Shown here in pieces: positions 39,701 to 52,699 of a stretch of 64,000 nucleotides of DNA. Under the pieces are notes generated by a model. The model was not told the DNA's origin. It saw nothing but the letters and a program-made list of their open reading frames with translations, and searched no databases. Each line of letters starts with the position of its first letter. Position 1 is the first letter of the stretch. The DNA comes from Lama glama (taxonomy: Eukaryota). The stretch lies in NCBI GenBank assembly GCA_028534125.1, contig CM052816.1, positions 36,210,001 to 36,274,000 on the forward strand, written 5' to 3'. The position numbers and the translations under genes were made by a program.

Positions 39701-40039
39701 TTAACTAGAATTTAAGCCTGGACAACAGTGTGTAAAAGATGGTTCAGATGGCTCCAAAACAACTCTCAAAGTCCATGCTTTGAGAGACCATGCCTTATTG
39801 AGTTAGAGTAAGTTGTCATCAAAGAGCATGTAAGAACCACAGAGGTCCTCGGATAGCTCCTACTTAAAAGTCCAAATAAACAGAAATGTTCTAGCAACTT
39901 AGTCTCAGCCTTGGTTTATGCTTCAAAGGGAAACTATCCTCAAAGATGGAGACACTAGCATGATTTGAAATGAAGTCCAAAGATCCTATCGGACATGTCC
40001 GACACGGTGCGTGCCATACCAATAGTTTCCTTCTAAGGG

Positions 40040-40686
40040 AAAGTGCCTTACCAACAAGAGGGCTGTAGAAACAGCCCTGGGTGGTCATGCATCCCCTTCC
40101 TACAGACCTATCTGATTGGACCAGGGTGGTCCTATCCCTAACCAATTCCTAAGCTGGCCAGTGTCCTGAGATGGTTTGGCATGAAGAACTGCCTGAACAG
40201 GCAAAATGGTGATTAGCTGGGTCAGATGTTCTAGCTCAGGAATTTGAACTAGGGCATCTGGGGAAGGAGTCAATTAGTCGGTTTTGGGAAGGAGTATAAG
40301 CTAAAAAGAACCACAAGAAGAGGCCCTGTGGCAGCAAGAAAAATGAGTAAACTGATGGTATAAATAAGCAGAATTTATGAGTAAGTAGAAACTGAAACAA
40401 AAATGACAGGGAGTGGAGGATAAAGTGGCTAATTAATACCAGTAAGAGGAACAGATGCAGCCAGAAAGGAGCTGAGTCACCACCATAAAGGCAAAAGATA
40501 AAGACCTTCTATTAAAGAGCCAATAAGGTTAGTGAACCATGCTGGATTTTTCTTATTCCCAAATATCCTCATCTCTAAAGATGTTCCACAATACTCTTTT
40601 GTGTTCTTCAATACCCTTTAGTAAGCTCTAATTAATTAAGATAACCAGAGTCTTTATTTACTGGAAACAAACTGTTTTACTAACAG
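40040..40686 (+). mobile_element. Ancient MaLR-like LTR (MLT1J/K/L-like)
   Basis: ctgattggaccagggtgg...aagctggcca motif; ends ...ctaaca; subfamily uncertain. Confidence 0.4.
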
Positions 40687-40769
40687 GATCCTTCAACCCC
40701 CAAATTTCTTGTAGGCTTGCCTGACAGACAGCCTGAAAAAAATACACCATTAGAAATGCATTTGCTTGC

Positions 40770-41405
40770 CAATCAAAACTACAAAGAGATATCACCTCAC
40801 ACCAGTCACAATGGCCATCATTTAAAAGTCCACAAATGATAAATGCTAGAGAGAGTGTGGAGAAAAAGGAACCCTCCTACACTGCTGGCGGGAATGTAAA
40901 TTGGTGCAGCCACTATGGAGGACTGTATGGAGGTTCCTTAAAAAGCTAAAAATGAACTTACCATATGATCCAGCAATCCCACTCCTGGGCATATATCCAG
41001 AGAAAAATATAATTCAAAAAGACACATGCACCCAAATGTTTATAGCAGCACTATTTACAATAGCCAAGACATGAAAAGAACCTAAATGTCCACTGACAGA
41101 TGACTGGATAAAGAAGATATGGTATAGTTACACAATGGAATACTACTCGGCCATAAAAAATCATAAAATAATGCTATTTGCAGCAACATGGATGGACCTG
41201 GAGATTGTCATTCTAAATGAAGTAAGCCACAAAGAGAAAGAAAAATACCATATGATACCACTTATATGTGGAATTTCAAAAAAAAAAAGGACACCAATGA
41301 ACTTATTTACAAAACAGAAACAGAATCACAGACACAGAGAACATACTTATGGTTACCAGCAGGTAAAAGGGGTGGGGGGGAAACAAATTGGGAGTTTGAA
41401 ATTCG
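40770..41405 (+). mobile_element. Young L1: ORF2 C-terminus and start of 3' UTR (disrupted)
   Basis: ORF 41135-41422 MEYYSAIKN...AATWMDLEIVILNEVS...KYHMIPLICGI is the typical L1 ORF2p end / 3' UTR translation; tcacctcacaccagtc...gatccagcaatcccactcctgggc. Confidence 0.95.
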
Positions 41406-41409
41406 CACC

Positions 41410-41560
41410 TCTTGGGGAGTGATGGAAATGTTATGTATCTTGATTGTGGTGGTGGGTTCATAGGTGTAGACATCAAAAATCATCAAATTGTACATCTGAT
41501 ATATGTATAGTTTACTGTACAGAATTTATACCACAATAAAGTTGCTTTAAAAAAGGAAAA
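41410..41560 (+). mobile_element. Old L1 (L1MC/MD-like) 3' terminus
   Basis: gtgatggaaatgttatgtatcttgattgtggtggtgg...caataaagttg. Confidence 0.75.
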
Positions 41561-42029
41561 AGCTTAACAATAAACAATGAACAACCAACTCATAACTATA
41601 GAGAATATCCATGAAGTGAATTCTAAACAAAAGTCCAAAGAGACAAAAATAAATAAGGGAGGGAGGGATGGAAGGAAGGATCAAATCTTATGTGAACCAA
41701 ATTAACTTTTATTAAACCAAGTAACTATTTAAAAAAGAAACTGTGTTTCTTTGGGCTTCTTTAGTAAAATATAATTATCACCGAGTGGTATAATATAGAA
41801 AGCCATTCTTCAACACAAAGAACAATTGCTGAACCTCTGTTACATACTGAATATTTTTCGTGTGTGTGTGACTGTGTGCTGAGATGAGGGTGAGGATGAG
41901 GGAGACAGTGGTAAAAAGCACTGAGGAGTAGTGTGTATTCATAAGAAAAAGTCCTTTCCTTTAGAAATTTACAGTTCAGTTAGGCATATATTCAAGATTA
42001 AGAAGAACTTTAAAGATCATCGAGCCTTG

Positions 42030-42330
42030 GGTTAGTAAACTCAAATGTCTACAGGGGTTGCATAAGGATAGTGCTGAATGACGTGGGCTGAGTGGGAGCT
42101 GTGGGGAACTGCAGAATGCACGTCCTATCACAATATGGTTTCTGGGCAGAAGGTCTGCCCAATGCTTATACATCAAAATTTTCAAGACAGCTCAATTTTT
42201 ATGTAAAAACTCCTAAATTTTAAATGTTGTTGTGTACTTCAAGTTAAAGCAAAACAAAAGTCTTTGGAACCAAAGAAAAACATCTGCAGATCGCTTTCAG
42301 ACCATGGGTCAGCAGTCCATGATCTCTGTT
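42030..42330. mobile_element. MER102-like hAT-Charlie element
   Basis: Reverse complement resembles the element at 46295-46630 (acataaaaat...cttgaaaa...tgggc). Confidence 0.5.
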
Positions 42331-42680
42331 CCAGACTAGTGAGTTTCAAAATGTTGAAAGATTCAGAACCTTCTTGCAAAATAAATTTTATGCCTGAAAC
42401 TAACACATAAGAAGACAGAAGCAGAAGGATTGGGGGTGAAATTGGGCAAGGAAGTGGAGCCTTTCTATCCTCATCTTCCACTTCCACCCCAATCAGGCCC
42501 AAAGGGACCTCAACCAATCTTGAGAACCACTGAGGTCATTCAACCCAGTTTTAACATAAGAGACAGGGAGGATCCCAAAACTACTGGCCCAAGATAATAG
42601 TACTTAGAGAATTATGCAGATAATGTCCCTTTTTACACTAAGGAGTGTGTCCTGCTTTATATAAGATGGCTACATATTCT

Positions 42681-43074
42681 TTTTTTTTTTTTTTGAACCT
42701 GCAGGACCACTTTTCTTTTTTGTGTGTGTTTATATTTTTAAAATTTTATTGATTGATTGAAATATAGTCAGCTTACAATGTTACATCAGTTTCTGATATA
42801 CAGCATGTTTCAGTCATCCATATGCATACATATATTCCTTTTCATATTCTTTTTCATTGTAGGTTACTACAAGATATTCCCTGTACTATACACTAGAAAC
42901 TTGTTGTCTACCTGGTTTTTTGAGGATTTTCTTGTATTTCCAATTGTAAGAAATCTTCTGCCAAAGTTCAGTAGGTATTCTGTGAGAACTGTCCCCTATG
43001 TAGATGCAGTTTTTGATGTATTCCTGGCAGTGGGGGAGCTATGCTTCCTTGTACTCCACCATCTTAGCAACCCT
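42681..43074 (-). mobile_element. Bipartite internally deleted L1 (5' end fused to 3' end) with poly(A) and TSD
   Basis: Minus strand: aagatggtggagt...tacatcaaaaa...ttctcacagaa (L1 5' UTR start) joined at ~42910 to caacaagttt...caataaa (L1 3' UTR); TSD ta(c/a)atattct at 42671-42680 and 43075-43084. Confidence 0.8.
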
Positions 43075-43310
43075 TAAATATTCTGACTCTAGAGTCACAC
43101 TGTCTGGATTTGAACTCACTTCTCAAGAGCGAATTTAAAAAAGTGACACTTAGTCTCTGCCTAAATTTCCGTATCTTCAGATGAGAATACTACTACTACT
43201 AAACTCATTAGGTTGTTGTGAAGAGTAAATGAAATAACGTTTTTTATGTACAGTGTGAAGTGCAGTCCCTGGCACATGGTACGTAGTGAATAAATGCTAT
43301 TTATTATGGA
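43075..43310 (+). mobile_element. MIR SINE (5' end split by the L1 insertion)
   Basis: ctctagagtcacactgtctgg...aggttgttgtgaagagtaaatga...cctggcacatggt. Confidence 0.8.
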
Positions 43311-46294
43311 GTATCTTTGCAAGTCATTAACATCTTAACAAGGTTTATTTCATGTGAAAACAAGCTGTCACCTATAAAACAGTCCTGGGAGAAGGGATAT
43401 AAGTTTTGATGAGAGCATCTTATACCTGGAGCATGGGGAACTTATAGAAAGGGTGGGCAATGGTGGGTGGATTTAGCCTACGGTTTTTGTTTTTCTTATT
43501 TTTTCTCTGTAGCGCTAGCCCTTGTAACTCCTTAGAAGTGAAGAGTTTAGAGGTTACCAAAAGACTTCTGACCTTCAAGCATACACATAACTCATCATTA
43601 CGATCTAAAGGGTTGTGAAGGTACCCAGAATCAGATGTGATAAGCTGATCAAAGTGTTTAAATATTTGGGGGTTAATTCTTCACAACAGGAACCATGTCC
43701 TAATTGGTGGATACACTCCCTCCTCCACCCACAATGGCAGATATGGCCCCTTTATACCCCTTGTCAAGCACCTCAGGACAAGAGCTGTCACTGTCTGGGG
43801 GAACAGTTTTGAAGCCTCTCTCAGTAGAATCTGTTTCTGTTGGCAGTCTCCTTGGGATAATAACCCATGTAGACATTCAGTAACTCCTAAACACCTACCA
43901 TGTGCCCAACTTTAGGGTTCAACTGTGTCCCAGTCCAGATGGCTTTATCAGCCCTGTTGGTCTGGACGGTGATTCTAGGGCCAGGTCAGCACCAACCTGG
44001 CACCGGGCTCCCTCTGCAGGCACTTTAGGGGCATCTGGTCAAAGGAAAGACTGGTGCCTCTTGGCAGAAGGAAACTTAACTAACAACCATAAAAGGATTT
44101 TCTAAATATGTCCACAATCCAATATAACCCTAGGTAATTTGATTTGTAGGAAATGGAAAGCAGAACATTACACACAGAGTGCTTATCTATAATTCATAAT
44201 AATTACTGTAACAGGGAATCTATTGTACAGATAGATGCAGAAGCACAAATTATACCCCCGAAGGATGCACTTCTGGCCAAAACAGCCCTTCACGTCCTCC
44301 TGATCTACCTACTCTGTAGAACCCCTTACTGAGGTGTTCATAGATTTAAAGCTTTTTTGGGTCACCTGTTGAAAGCTGGGGAGTTTCTCTTTTCAGTGAG
44401 ATCACTGACCCATTTTGCAAGAGAAATTCAAGCACCTTCTGAGCCTAGCTGTACTCTGCATTTTGGCCTTTGGGCAATCACAGCATACTATATGGGAATT
44501 TATTGATTTATTTATTTGTGGTATCTGCAATCTAGTGTTATGACAGGAACGTTTTCTCTTCAAAGGAAAGGATGGGGCCTCTTTTGTCTCTTGTTCCACT
44601 GAAGCTTCAAATTCAACTGTGCTGAAGGTTGATATGCCTTTAGCGGATGGGGTCCCTTGAAAAGGGGCTATGGGGATCAACGAATTTGCAATAAAAAGAA
44701 TGGAGAAAGTAACCTTTGTTTCGAATGCAGACTTTAGAACTGCATATTCTTATACTATACAGTCCATTTATCTTTGCTGGATCATGAGATATGAAGAGAT
44801 ATTTCCTAAGAGTAAGTGTTGAGGATTGCAACATATTTCACAAGAAAGTACTTGTAGCATCTTTCTTTTTTCACTTTAAGCATTACTTTAGTATCTGACA
44901 TATCTTTCCCAGATGCCCCTTCTGGCCCTCCCAGTCCACCCTGAGAGCTTTTAGTAGCTGTGACTTCAAACACTGATCATAGTCTCTTTCAGTTGTTCAT
45001 TTTACAGTTTATAATTGTCCATCATCATTTGCTTTGGTCTGTCTGGGAGGCATTCAAAATCTAGCCACTACTTTATTTTTAGTGGCAGAGCGTGTCTACC
45101 CTTCAGCTGCTGGGAATGCTGGGCCTGGCTGCGAATCTTGTTTGCTTTAAGTTGCAATGCTTTCGGCCCCATGTGTTTTAGTTTTTGGAAGCAGCTGTAT
45201 TGGTAAAGCTTCTGGCTGAATTACCGGACAAAGCCCGCATTATAAAAATCCTCAACTTGTTTGCTCTTCACTTCAAAAAGACTGTGGGCTGCCAGCTTGT
45301 CATACTCATATTACCCACATGCCTGCTTGAGTTTTCACCAGCAGGCATGAATCTCTTGGTCTCTCTTTTCTTTCTTTCCTTTTTTTTTTTAATCTGTTGG
45401 CCTATAGCTATTTGGTTTGATACTGATCTGTCAAAGACAAATCATAAAGGGGCTGGCACAAGACAGCTGGCAGTCGATGGCCCTCCCAATAGCAAGGAGG
45501 TTTTGGATGAAAGATTTTACTTTTCCCCCTGGTCAGCATCTTCAGAACATGGCTGAAACGGGCACAGAAGACTTCTGCGGGCTTTCGGAAAGCTGATGGC
45601 TTGGTCCTTGAACTCAGAATGTGTGTGAGGTGAGAGTGTGTGTATGTATTGGCATCAGGGACCCTAAGGCAGTGCAGCAGGTTATGGTAGGAAACAAAAA
45701 CACGGTGTGGTTCGTAAACAGTTCTATAGGCCTAGACATCAAGAGGAGAAGGAAGCTGCAGTTGGTTGGTGGCCCATGAAAGCACTGGGATCTCATCATT
45801 GCTATGTCGTTGCTCAATTGCTTAACTTGCCACCATATCACTGCTTTCATTGCTCCTAAATGAAGCCTTCTGTTTCCCTAATGTTCAAAATGCTTACTGG
45901 GCCTTCACTGCCATTTCTGATTTTTATTATCACCACAACCCAACTGTTTTTCATCTTTCCTTATGATTTGTTCCCTGCCTTGAAGAACTTCTAGATAGTT
46001 GAAGAGATCAGTGGATAGAAGTTGAATTGATCTGCAGTTGGTTATTGGTATTTATATTGGATATTATGGATTCCATCCTGTGTTCAAGAAAAATGACAGG
46101 TGACAAAGAGAATTAGCTTCCTTTAGGATTTTACAGAGTCTGGCTCTGACAGGAGACATCAGGGCAGACTTGAATAGTAGAACTCCAGATTTAGCTTTTG
46201 GAAGTGTTGTCAGTTTCAAAACCTTAGTTTAAGTAGTAATGAATCCTGTGCTTGAATTAAAATCAGAAAATTTTTTCTGAGCACTGCCAAGACT

Positions 46295-46630
46295 AGAGGT
46301 GCAAACTTTTAGCGTTTGGACCTGATCTGGTCCACAGATGAGATTTTAGCCTGAACATTTATAACTCCACCAAATGGCTGTTTTTTCTTTCAGTTGACTT
46401 GGTTGTCATCACTTTAAAAACTTAAAAAATGAGAAAATTCACATAAAAATCTTGCTTTCCAGCTCCTCGGGAAACTGTAAGATCTGGCAATACTGGGCTT
46501 ATATTTTTGCCTACAAAACAACTGGCTGGAGATTAATAACCACTGACTCTCTTAGACAGGCATGAATCTAAATGGAGTCATGGGCTCCATGAATCTCTGT
46601 GAATTCTCTGTCACTGAGGCCAGCATTAAT
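46295..46630. mobile_element. MER102-like hAT-Charlie element
   Basis: ttcacataaaaatcttgctttccagctcc...aagatctggcaatactgggc. Confidence 0.6.
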
Positions 46631-49600
46631 TGCCACTCATCCTATTTGCAATTTTACCTTTTTAAAGGCAGCACATGGAAACTTTAACATTGTGCTTTCC
46701 TCTCCCATTGTACTTACCTGCTTGGATCCTAAAAATATTTGCATTTGGGGTACCTGCCTTCATCTCCCAACGAGGTATGGGAAATACAGAGCAAAAAACG
46801 ATGGTTTTATCAAAATACTTTGGTACTTATCAAGACACTCAGGCACTAGGTGCTGCTGGATTTATTTTGTATGGTTTGTTTTCATAAGATTCTGGTATCT
46901 GAATACTTGTGGTATCAGGAATAATGTCTAAGGCAGATGCAAAAGAGACATTCTGTTATCTCTGTTAGCTCTAAGTGATTCAGTATGGCAGTAAGGCACT
47001 AGGGCGGAGAGGGAGTCTATGAGGCCACAGGACTGTGGAAAGCTTAACTATCATGAACTATGAACACTTTGAAGAAAAAAAAAAGCCCTTCAGATCTTTC
47101 TCAATGCTAGAGATTACAAAGGAAAACCCAGGCTTGAATCCTACCTCCTTTCAAGACTGCATCAAATAAGGAAATGTGAGAGCCACTGGGTATTGTCTTG
47201 AGGCTCACTGGGGTACAGATTCCCCAGCTAGGTTCTATGTGTGTATGTGGGGAGAGGACCACAGATGGAAGAGCCCACTAAGAATTCATTCACTTTACTC
47301 TGGGCCCCTTGGATTTGGGGCATTCTGTGCCTCTTTGTGGGAAGAGGCAAATCAAAAGGAAATCTCATAAAATATCCTCTGGGTGCTTGACAAATATTTT
47401 TAGATGAATTTGCAGCATGATGTTTGTTTGTTTGTTTGTAATAAGAAAATCAGGGACAAAAAGTGATCGGCTCCTGGCTTTTTAAAGACTGGCTCCCCAG
47501 GAAGACATTGCCATTTGAAATTACTTAACATTTTTCCCCCAATATAAATGCTTAAGGCAAGAACTAGATTTTATACCTAGCAAATAGCAATGTAAATGTC
47601 AAAGAACATATTCCAGAGCATTACACTTACAGCTCTTAAAATGGCATCTTAGAATGGTATTAATCACTGTCAGTTTTGTATACAACATTTCATCAATTAA
47701 ATAGCAAGAGGACCTGTCCTTTCATGGAAAGCAAATAACACATATGGATTTCCTCTTAGCAATTAGCTGAACATTCTGCATTTCCTTCTTGTTTGCAAAA
47801 AAGGGTTTGGACTGAAACCATCAACATGTTTGTCTTCTTCATTGGTAAAGCAAAGCAGATGTGTAACAGCTTCAGCAGAATCCAGATTCATTTATAAACT
47901 ATCTTGTGAAACATCTTGATGTGGAAGCATTTCTGCATCGTTAGATCTTTCAGAGCTAGATAGAGGGTGACACCCTATAAAAATTGTGAAGTGCTTTAAA
48001 GTTTGTCGTGTCTTGAGCCGAGGTTTTCAAGACTGTGTCACTATGTGTATGTAGAGAGGAGTTTAAAATGTTCAAGCTTAATGTGAAAAACTTGTTTCCA
48101 GCAGGGACTAGTTTCAACTAGGTCTATGGATTTATAAAATGATGAGGCAATTTTAGGCAGCAAAGACTGATGATAGAAGCGCAGTTTACATAAATGGCAA
48201 TGGATTAGCACTTAAACCACTTTCCATGTATGTTTAAACAATCTTCCACAACCCTCAACAATCTCTTTTTATAAACTTCATCATTTATCTAGGATTAAAA
48301 GGGCAATGTTTTGACAACATTGTTGATTTACATGTAACTCATCATTTGTTTATCATTTATCTGAGATGATTAGTGCCTGAACTTCATATGCCTGGAATGT
48401 GTATTACACTTGTTTACATTTTTGGTAGATGATGCCCTTTTTAATGTACTTTTCAGGGCTCAGGACAGCTTGGTGACTTTGATGATCTTTCTAGCAATCA
48501 GTCCCATCTAAGCCTGAAGGAAGTTGAAGATTTATAACTTTTCAGCACACTTCAATTTTAGTGATAATCCATCAAAGTCCTCAGTATTCTTCTCAGATCC
48601 TAGCGTCAGACCTGGTCCGACAAGATGCATTGGCCTCTGAAAATTGGTCCTGAGGGCCATGAAATCTTGTAAAGAGTCAGGAGTACGGCACCAGGCATAG
48701 GTATTCCCAAATGCATAAGTGTAAGTGAATGGAAAGAAATGTAGGTATCAGTACATCAAGAGATTCTCTATATTTGTAAAATGCACACACACACTTAAGC
48801 AAGATGTAATTATTATGCCCCAAAACTGTTTATTCACCTAAAATAGCTTTTGCATTCATTCCTATTTCCAATGATAGAGTATGCTTGGCTGCCAACTATA
48901 TGTTACAATTTTTTTCCCCATCTAGAATCATCTTAAATTGATTTTGGAGCTTAAAAAAGAAAGAGGCATCCAGGGAAAGTGATTGAAAATAATTTCTATT
49001 TGTAAAATAATTTCAGTGGTTGGGTGTTACATGAAAGATTGTACACTTTATCAATTCAAAGTTTAAAAAGGTGAGGATTTGTGTTCTTATTCAACATAAG
49101 AACACACATTTTTGTTTGTTATGAGAAAAGCACTCAGAGCAGAGCCAAATTCTGCTCCATGGGGGCTGTGGATGGTATGGGGATTCACCAGCTGGGAGAG
49201 CTCTAGGTGTGTAAGCCATGAGGGGCAGAGTAGGAAGGAGAGAAATATGGCAGGAACTGAGCATGGAAAGATAGTTAAGTGGCAACTTCCATGAAAGGGA
49301 GAACTGGGATGAAAAAGAGATATCCAAAAATAATATTAAAGAAGAATTTCAGTGAAATTTTGTGTAAATTCTCCTCATTATACCTTAAAGCATTTCACAA
49401 TCAAGATCTACATAGTATTTCAGGCTTTCTGTGGCCAGACTTCCATTTCATTGAATACAGTACCTCACAGAGACTTGCCCAGGTGGGAGTCAGATATATT
49501 TGGGCTACATCTGAGATTCTGCATTCAAACCATTACCCTAAAACTAAACTGAAAATCCACTTTCACTATGACCATGTATGTTTTAGAATTATATGGAAAT

Positions 49601-50918
49601 GAGTACAATGAAACTTGGACTGCATGGTTATTTCAATTGAATGCAATTTTATAAAAAATGGAAATATAGGGATGTTGCTTCTATTATGTGTGTATCTGTC
49701 TATAGACTATATTTATAGCAGGGAAAGATAAATGCAGAGGTTTGAGAGGGAGTTAGTGGTAAGCCACATAGTTCTAGAACTAGAACAAAAACAGGGAGAA
49801 CTGATCTGCATCAATACACATGATGCCCAGGTAGAACTTAGATTCAACAGTATGTTATTAGGTGATGGACTAGCCAAAAGTATCAAGAGAAGAAGAGCTA
49901 ACTGAAAAGACTCAGTCTCTCATCTCCTAGAAGATAAAGCCCCCAGATGAGGAGGTCATGGGATATCAGTAAGAAAACAGTTAAGTAAGGAGGGGTATCC
50001 AACAGCTAGAGCTTAAGGTAATGAGGACAGAGTGGTGAGTTGCTGGAGAAACTGGAGGTGAGAAAGGGGAGAGCAAAGGAGACAACAATTTCCTTGTATT
50101 ACGTTATAAACTAGATCACTCATGGTGTCATTAATTCTTGGCCTGACTCTACCTGGCTAAGGATTGCTTTTAAAGACAAAGCTTTCAGATGAGATGAAGT
50201 TAGGGTAGTTCATGTGATGGCTACAGTTTCTTAAGAGGAAAGATGCCTGCTGCACCTGGCTTGCTAGAGAACAGTCCTCTGGTAGGAGTGGATCTGGTGC
50301 TATCAGTCTGTGTTCTGTAGCATCATATTGGCTGCTTTGAGATGAATGGCCAAGGATCAACAGAGGAAGTCTTAAAAACTCCTTTGTGAACAAATAGGCT
50401 CAAAATTAATTTTTAGTTGAGACTCAGTGGACACCCCTTTACTGAGGAAACTGGAGTTGTTCCTGGAAAGGGAGAAGATGCCAGTGACAGCCATGCCTGG
50501 ACTCTTTCAATGTTTTTGCATTATCTCACTGGACAAGAAGAAATCTCTGGGGACTTGGCTGCAACTGTGGGACTGGAATTAAGTAAGTTTTGAGCACATG
50601 GGTAGAGGCCAGCTCGTCTAGAAACTTGTGAAATTAATAGGAGGTGCTATGCCAGGGACTAGAGTAAAGATCTCTAAACGTGGTTAGAAATGCCACTGAA
50701 ATGGAACAAAGATAAATAGCCTCAGAGCAGAAAAACTGACTGAGAGTCTACAGGCACTCAGGTCATCCACAGATTCAAACTCACCAGGAACTGCCACAGA
50801 AAATAGCTGAGATTCATATTCTGAATTGATGACTATGAATTACAACTATCAACAAGGGGTACTTTTCTCAGTATTTAGACCTCAGGGTCCAGATTGAAGC
50901 AACTGAACTATAAGCCAT

Positions 50919-50933
50919 CCACCAGGGGGCAGT
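50919..50933 (+). promoter_or_regulatory. CTCF binding motif
   Basis: CCACCAGGGGGCAGT matches the CTCF core consensus CCASYAGRKGGCRS without mismatch. Confidence 0.7.
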
Positions 50934-51719
50934 AAATTGAAGCATGGTCAATTTAGAACTTGAAGCCGATTTACTATTTATAGGCAACCTTCTGGATTTT
51001 GTAACTAAACCAAAGAAACATCATGATGCTTTTTGGAGGAAAAAGGGGCAACTCCAACAAACCTCAAGGAATACAAACTAGTAAGCTTAGGTCTAAGATG
51101 CTGGCATGATTTGGGTGGCTAGAATGATACAGTTATGCTTCAGTTTCATGGAGTCTGACCTCCCAGCAAATAAGGTCTTCCTAAATGGGGACAAGTGGTT
51201 TGCAGACGCTGAAGACACTGCAGACGATCACGTGGGAGACTTGCCCCTTGCGTGTTTCAGGAGTATCATGGTGATCATAAACAGTTGCTTCCATTCTCTA
51301 GCCGCCCATTCCTCAGGGTTTTACAGACCTCAGCATACATACTCAGGCTGCTTGGAAATTTGGGGGGCAGGAAGGGATCCCACCTTTGCTTTTGTGGTCT
51401 TAGCAAGGGCTTCCAGTGGCTGTCAGCCTAATGAGGGAAAGAATTAAGTGAATACACCTTTTTTCTTATATTACCAGCAACAAATACTCTGTGGGAGGCT
51501 GGTATCACCTCAGAAAGCTAACAAGTTTTACTCCTGGACTTGCTGAGAGGAGCTCTGAAGGAACAAAGTGCCGGAGGGGACTCATGGACATCTCAGTAAA
51601 GGCTGCAAAAGGAAGCTGACTATGAGATTCCATAATGAAATGGGAGAGTCCCAGGGCAGCACTCAGACCATGCTAGTCTTTATGCAATACATCAAGATAT
51701 GACAGAGAGATGCTGTAAC

Positions 51720-51940
51720 AGTACATACTACTAGCTAATGCGTATTTTGCATCTGCCACATGTCAGGCCTTGCTCTACATGTTTACATATAATAACTTAC
51801 TTAATCCACACAATAACCCCAGAGTGAGAATCTATCATTATTGCATTTTGCAGGTGAAGAAACTGAGGCACAGAGAAGGTACGATCCCACAGTAAGGACT
51901 GAGAGCTCTGCTGTGCCTTTACCATGCTGTTCTGCTTTTG
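51720..51940 (-). mobile_element. MIR SINE
   Basis: cattttgcaggtgaagaaactgaggcacagagaagg. Confidence 0.85.
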
Positions 51941-52379
51941 TCTGCAGACAATTTTCTTCGTCAGTTTCAGGAGGCCAGAGTGCCAGGGTTGATTATTATG
52001 AGAAAGACAATTGTAAATTTTGGGGAGAAAGAAACATGTCAAATAAGATATTTGGAACCCTTTTTACGTTGAATGCTATGTATCCTCTGTCCCTAATACC
52101 CTCATACTTCAGTTTTAAGAAATTATGAGTAAAAATCTAGATTGTTCTTCAAGATTTCTGGAGTTGAATTTCTCTATGTTTGAATGCCATGCTATGTTAA
52201 AAAAAAAAAAAAAGTCCATGAGGGTGATTAGCTATATTCAGGTTACAACACTTGGTAAAATTTGAAGAAACTTTACCATTGGTTATGCAGTTGCTGTTTT
52301 TCCTTGTCTTGTACAGAAGGCCCTCTCTCAAAGTTATTAAAGTCCTTTATAAGCTGGGAACTTGGAATAATAAAGACCG

Positions 52380-52640
52380 CAGTGTGATGTGGCATCACTC
52401 TGGCAGGAGTTAAAAGCACAGTGTGTGATTTTATCCTGTTTTGTGTCCCAGTTCCTCTTCTTAAGAGTTGTGTGACCTCAGGAAAACCACAAGCACTCTC
52501 TGGGCCTTAGGATATCTTCTATAAAAGAGGGGAAATACTCTTTATTTAATAAGGTTCTTGAGAGTATTAAATGAGAACGTGATTATAAAACACTTGGTAA
52601 AATTCCTGGCACATAGTAAGAATATAATGTAATATATTAC
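52380..52640 (+). mobile_element. MIR SINE
   Basis: tgtgtgacctcagg...gagagtattaaatgag...cctggcacatagtaag. Confidence 0.75.
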
Positions 52641-52699
52641 TCTTGTTATTACTAGCATTTCTCTTTCCTGATTGCTAATACTAGTTTGTCTGAATTGCA

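Noticed and set aside
41135..41422. 95-aa ORF as a host gene
   Set aside because: It is the L1 ORF2 end / 3' UTR translation, not a cellular CDS
43513..43620. Strong acceptor suggesting a 108-nt exon
   Set aside because: Donor AAG|GTACCC is weak and there is no other support
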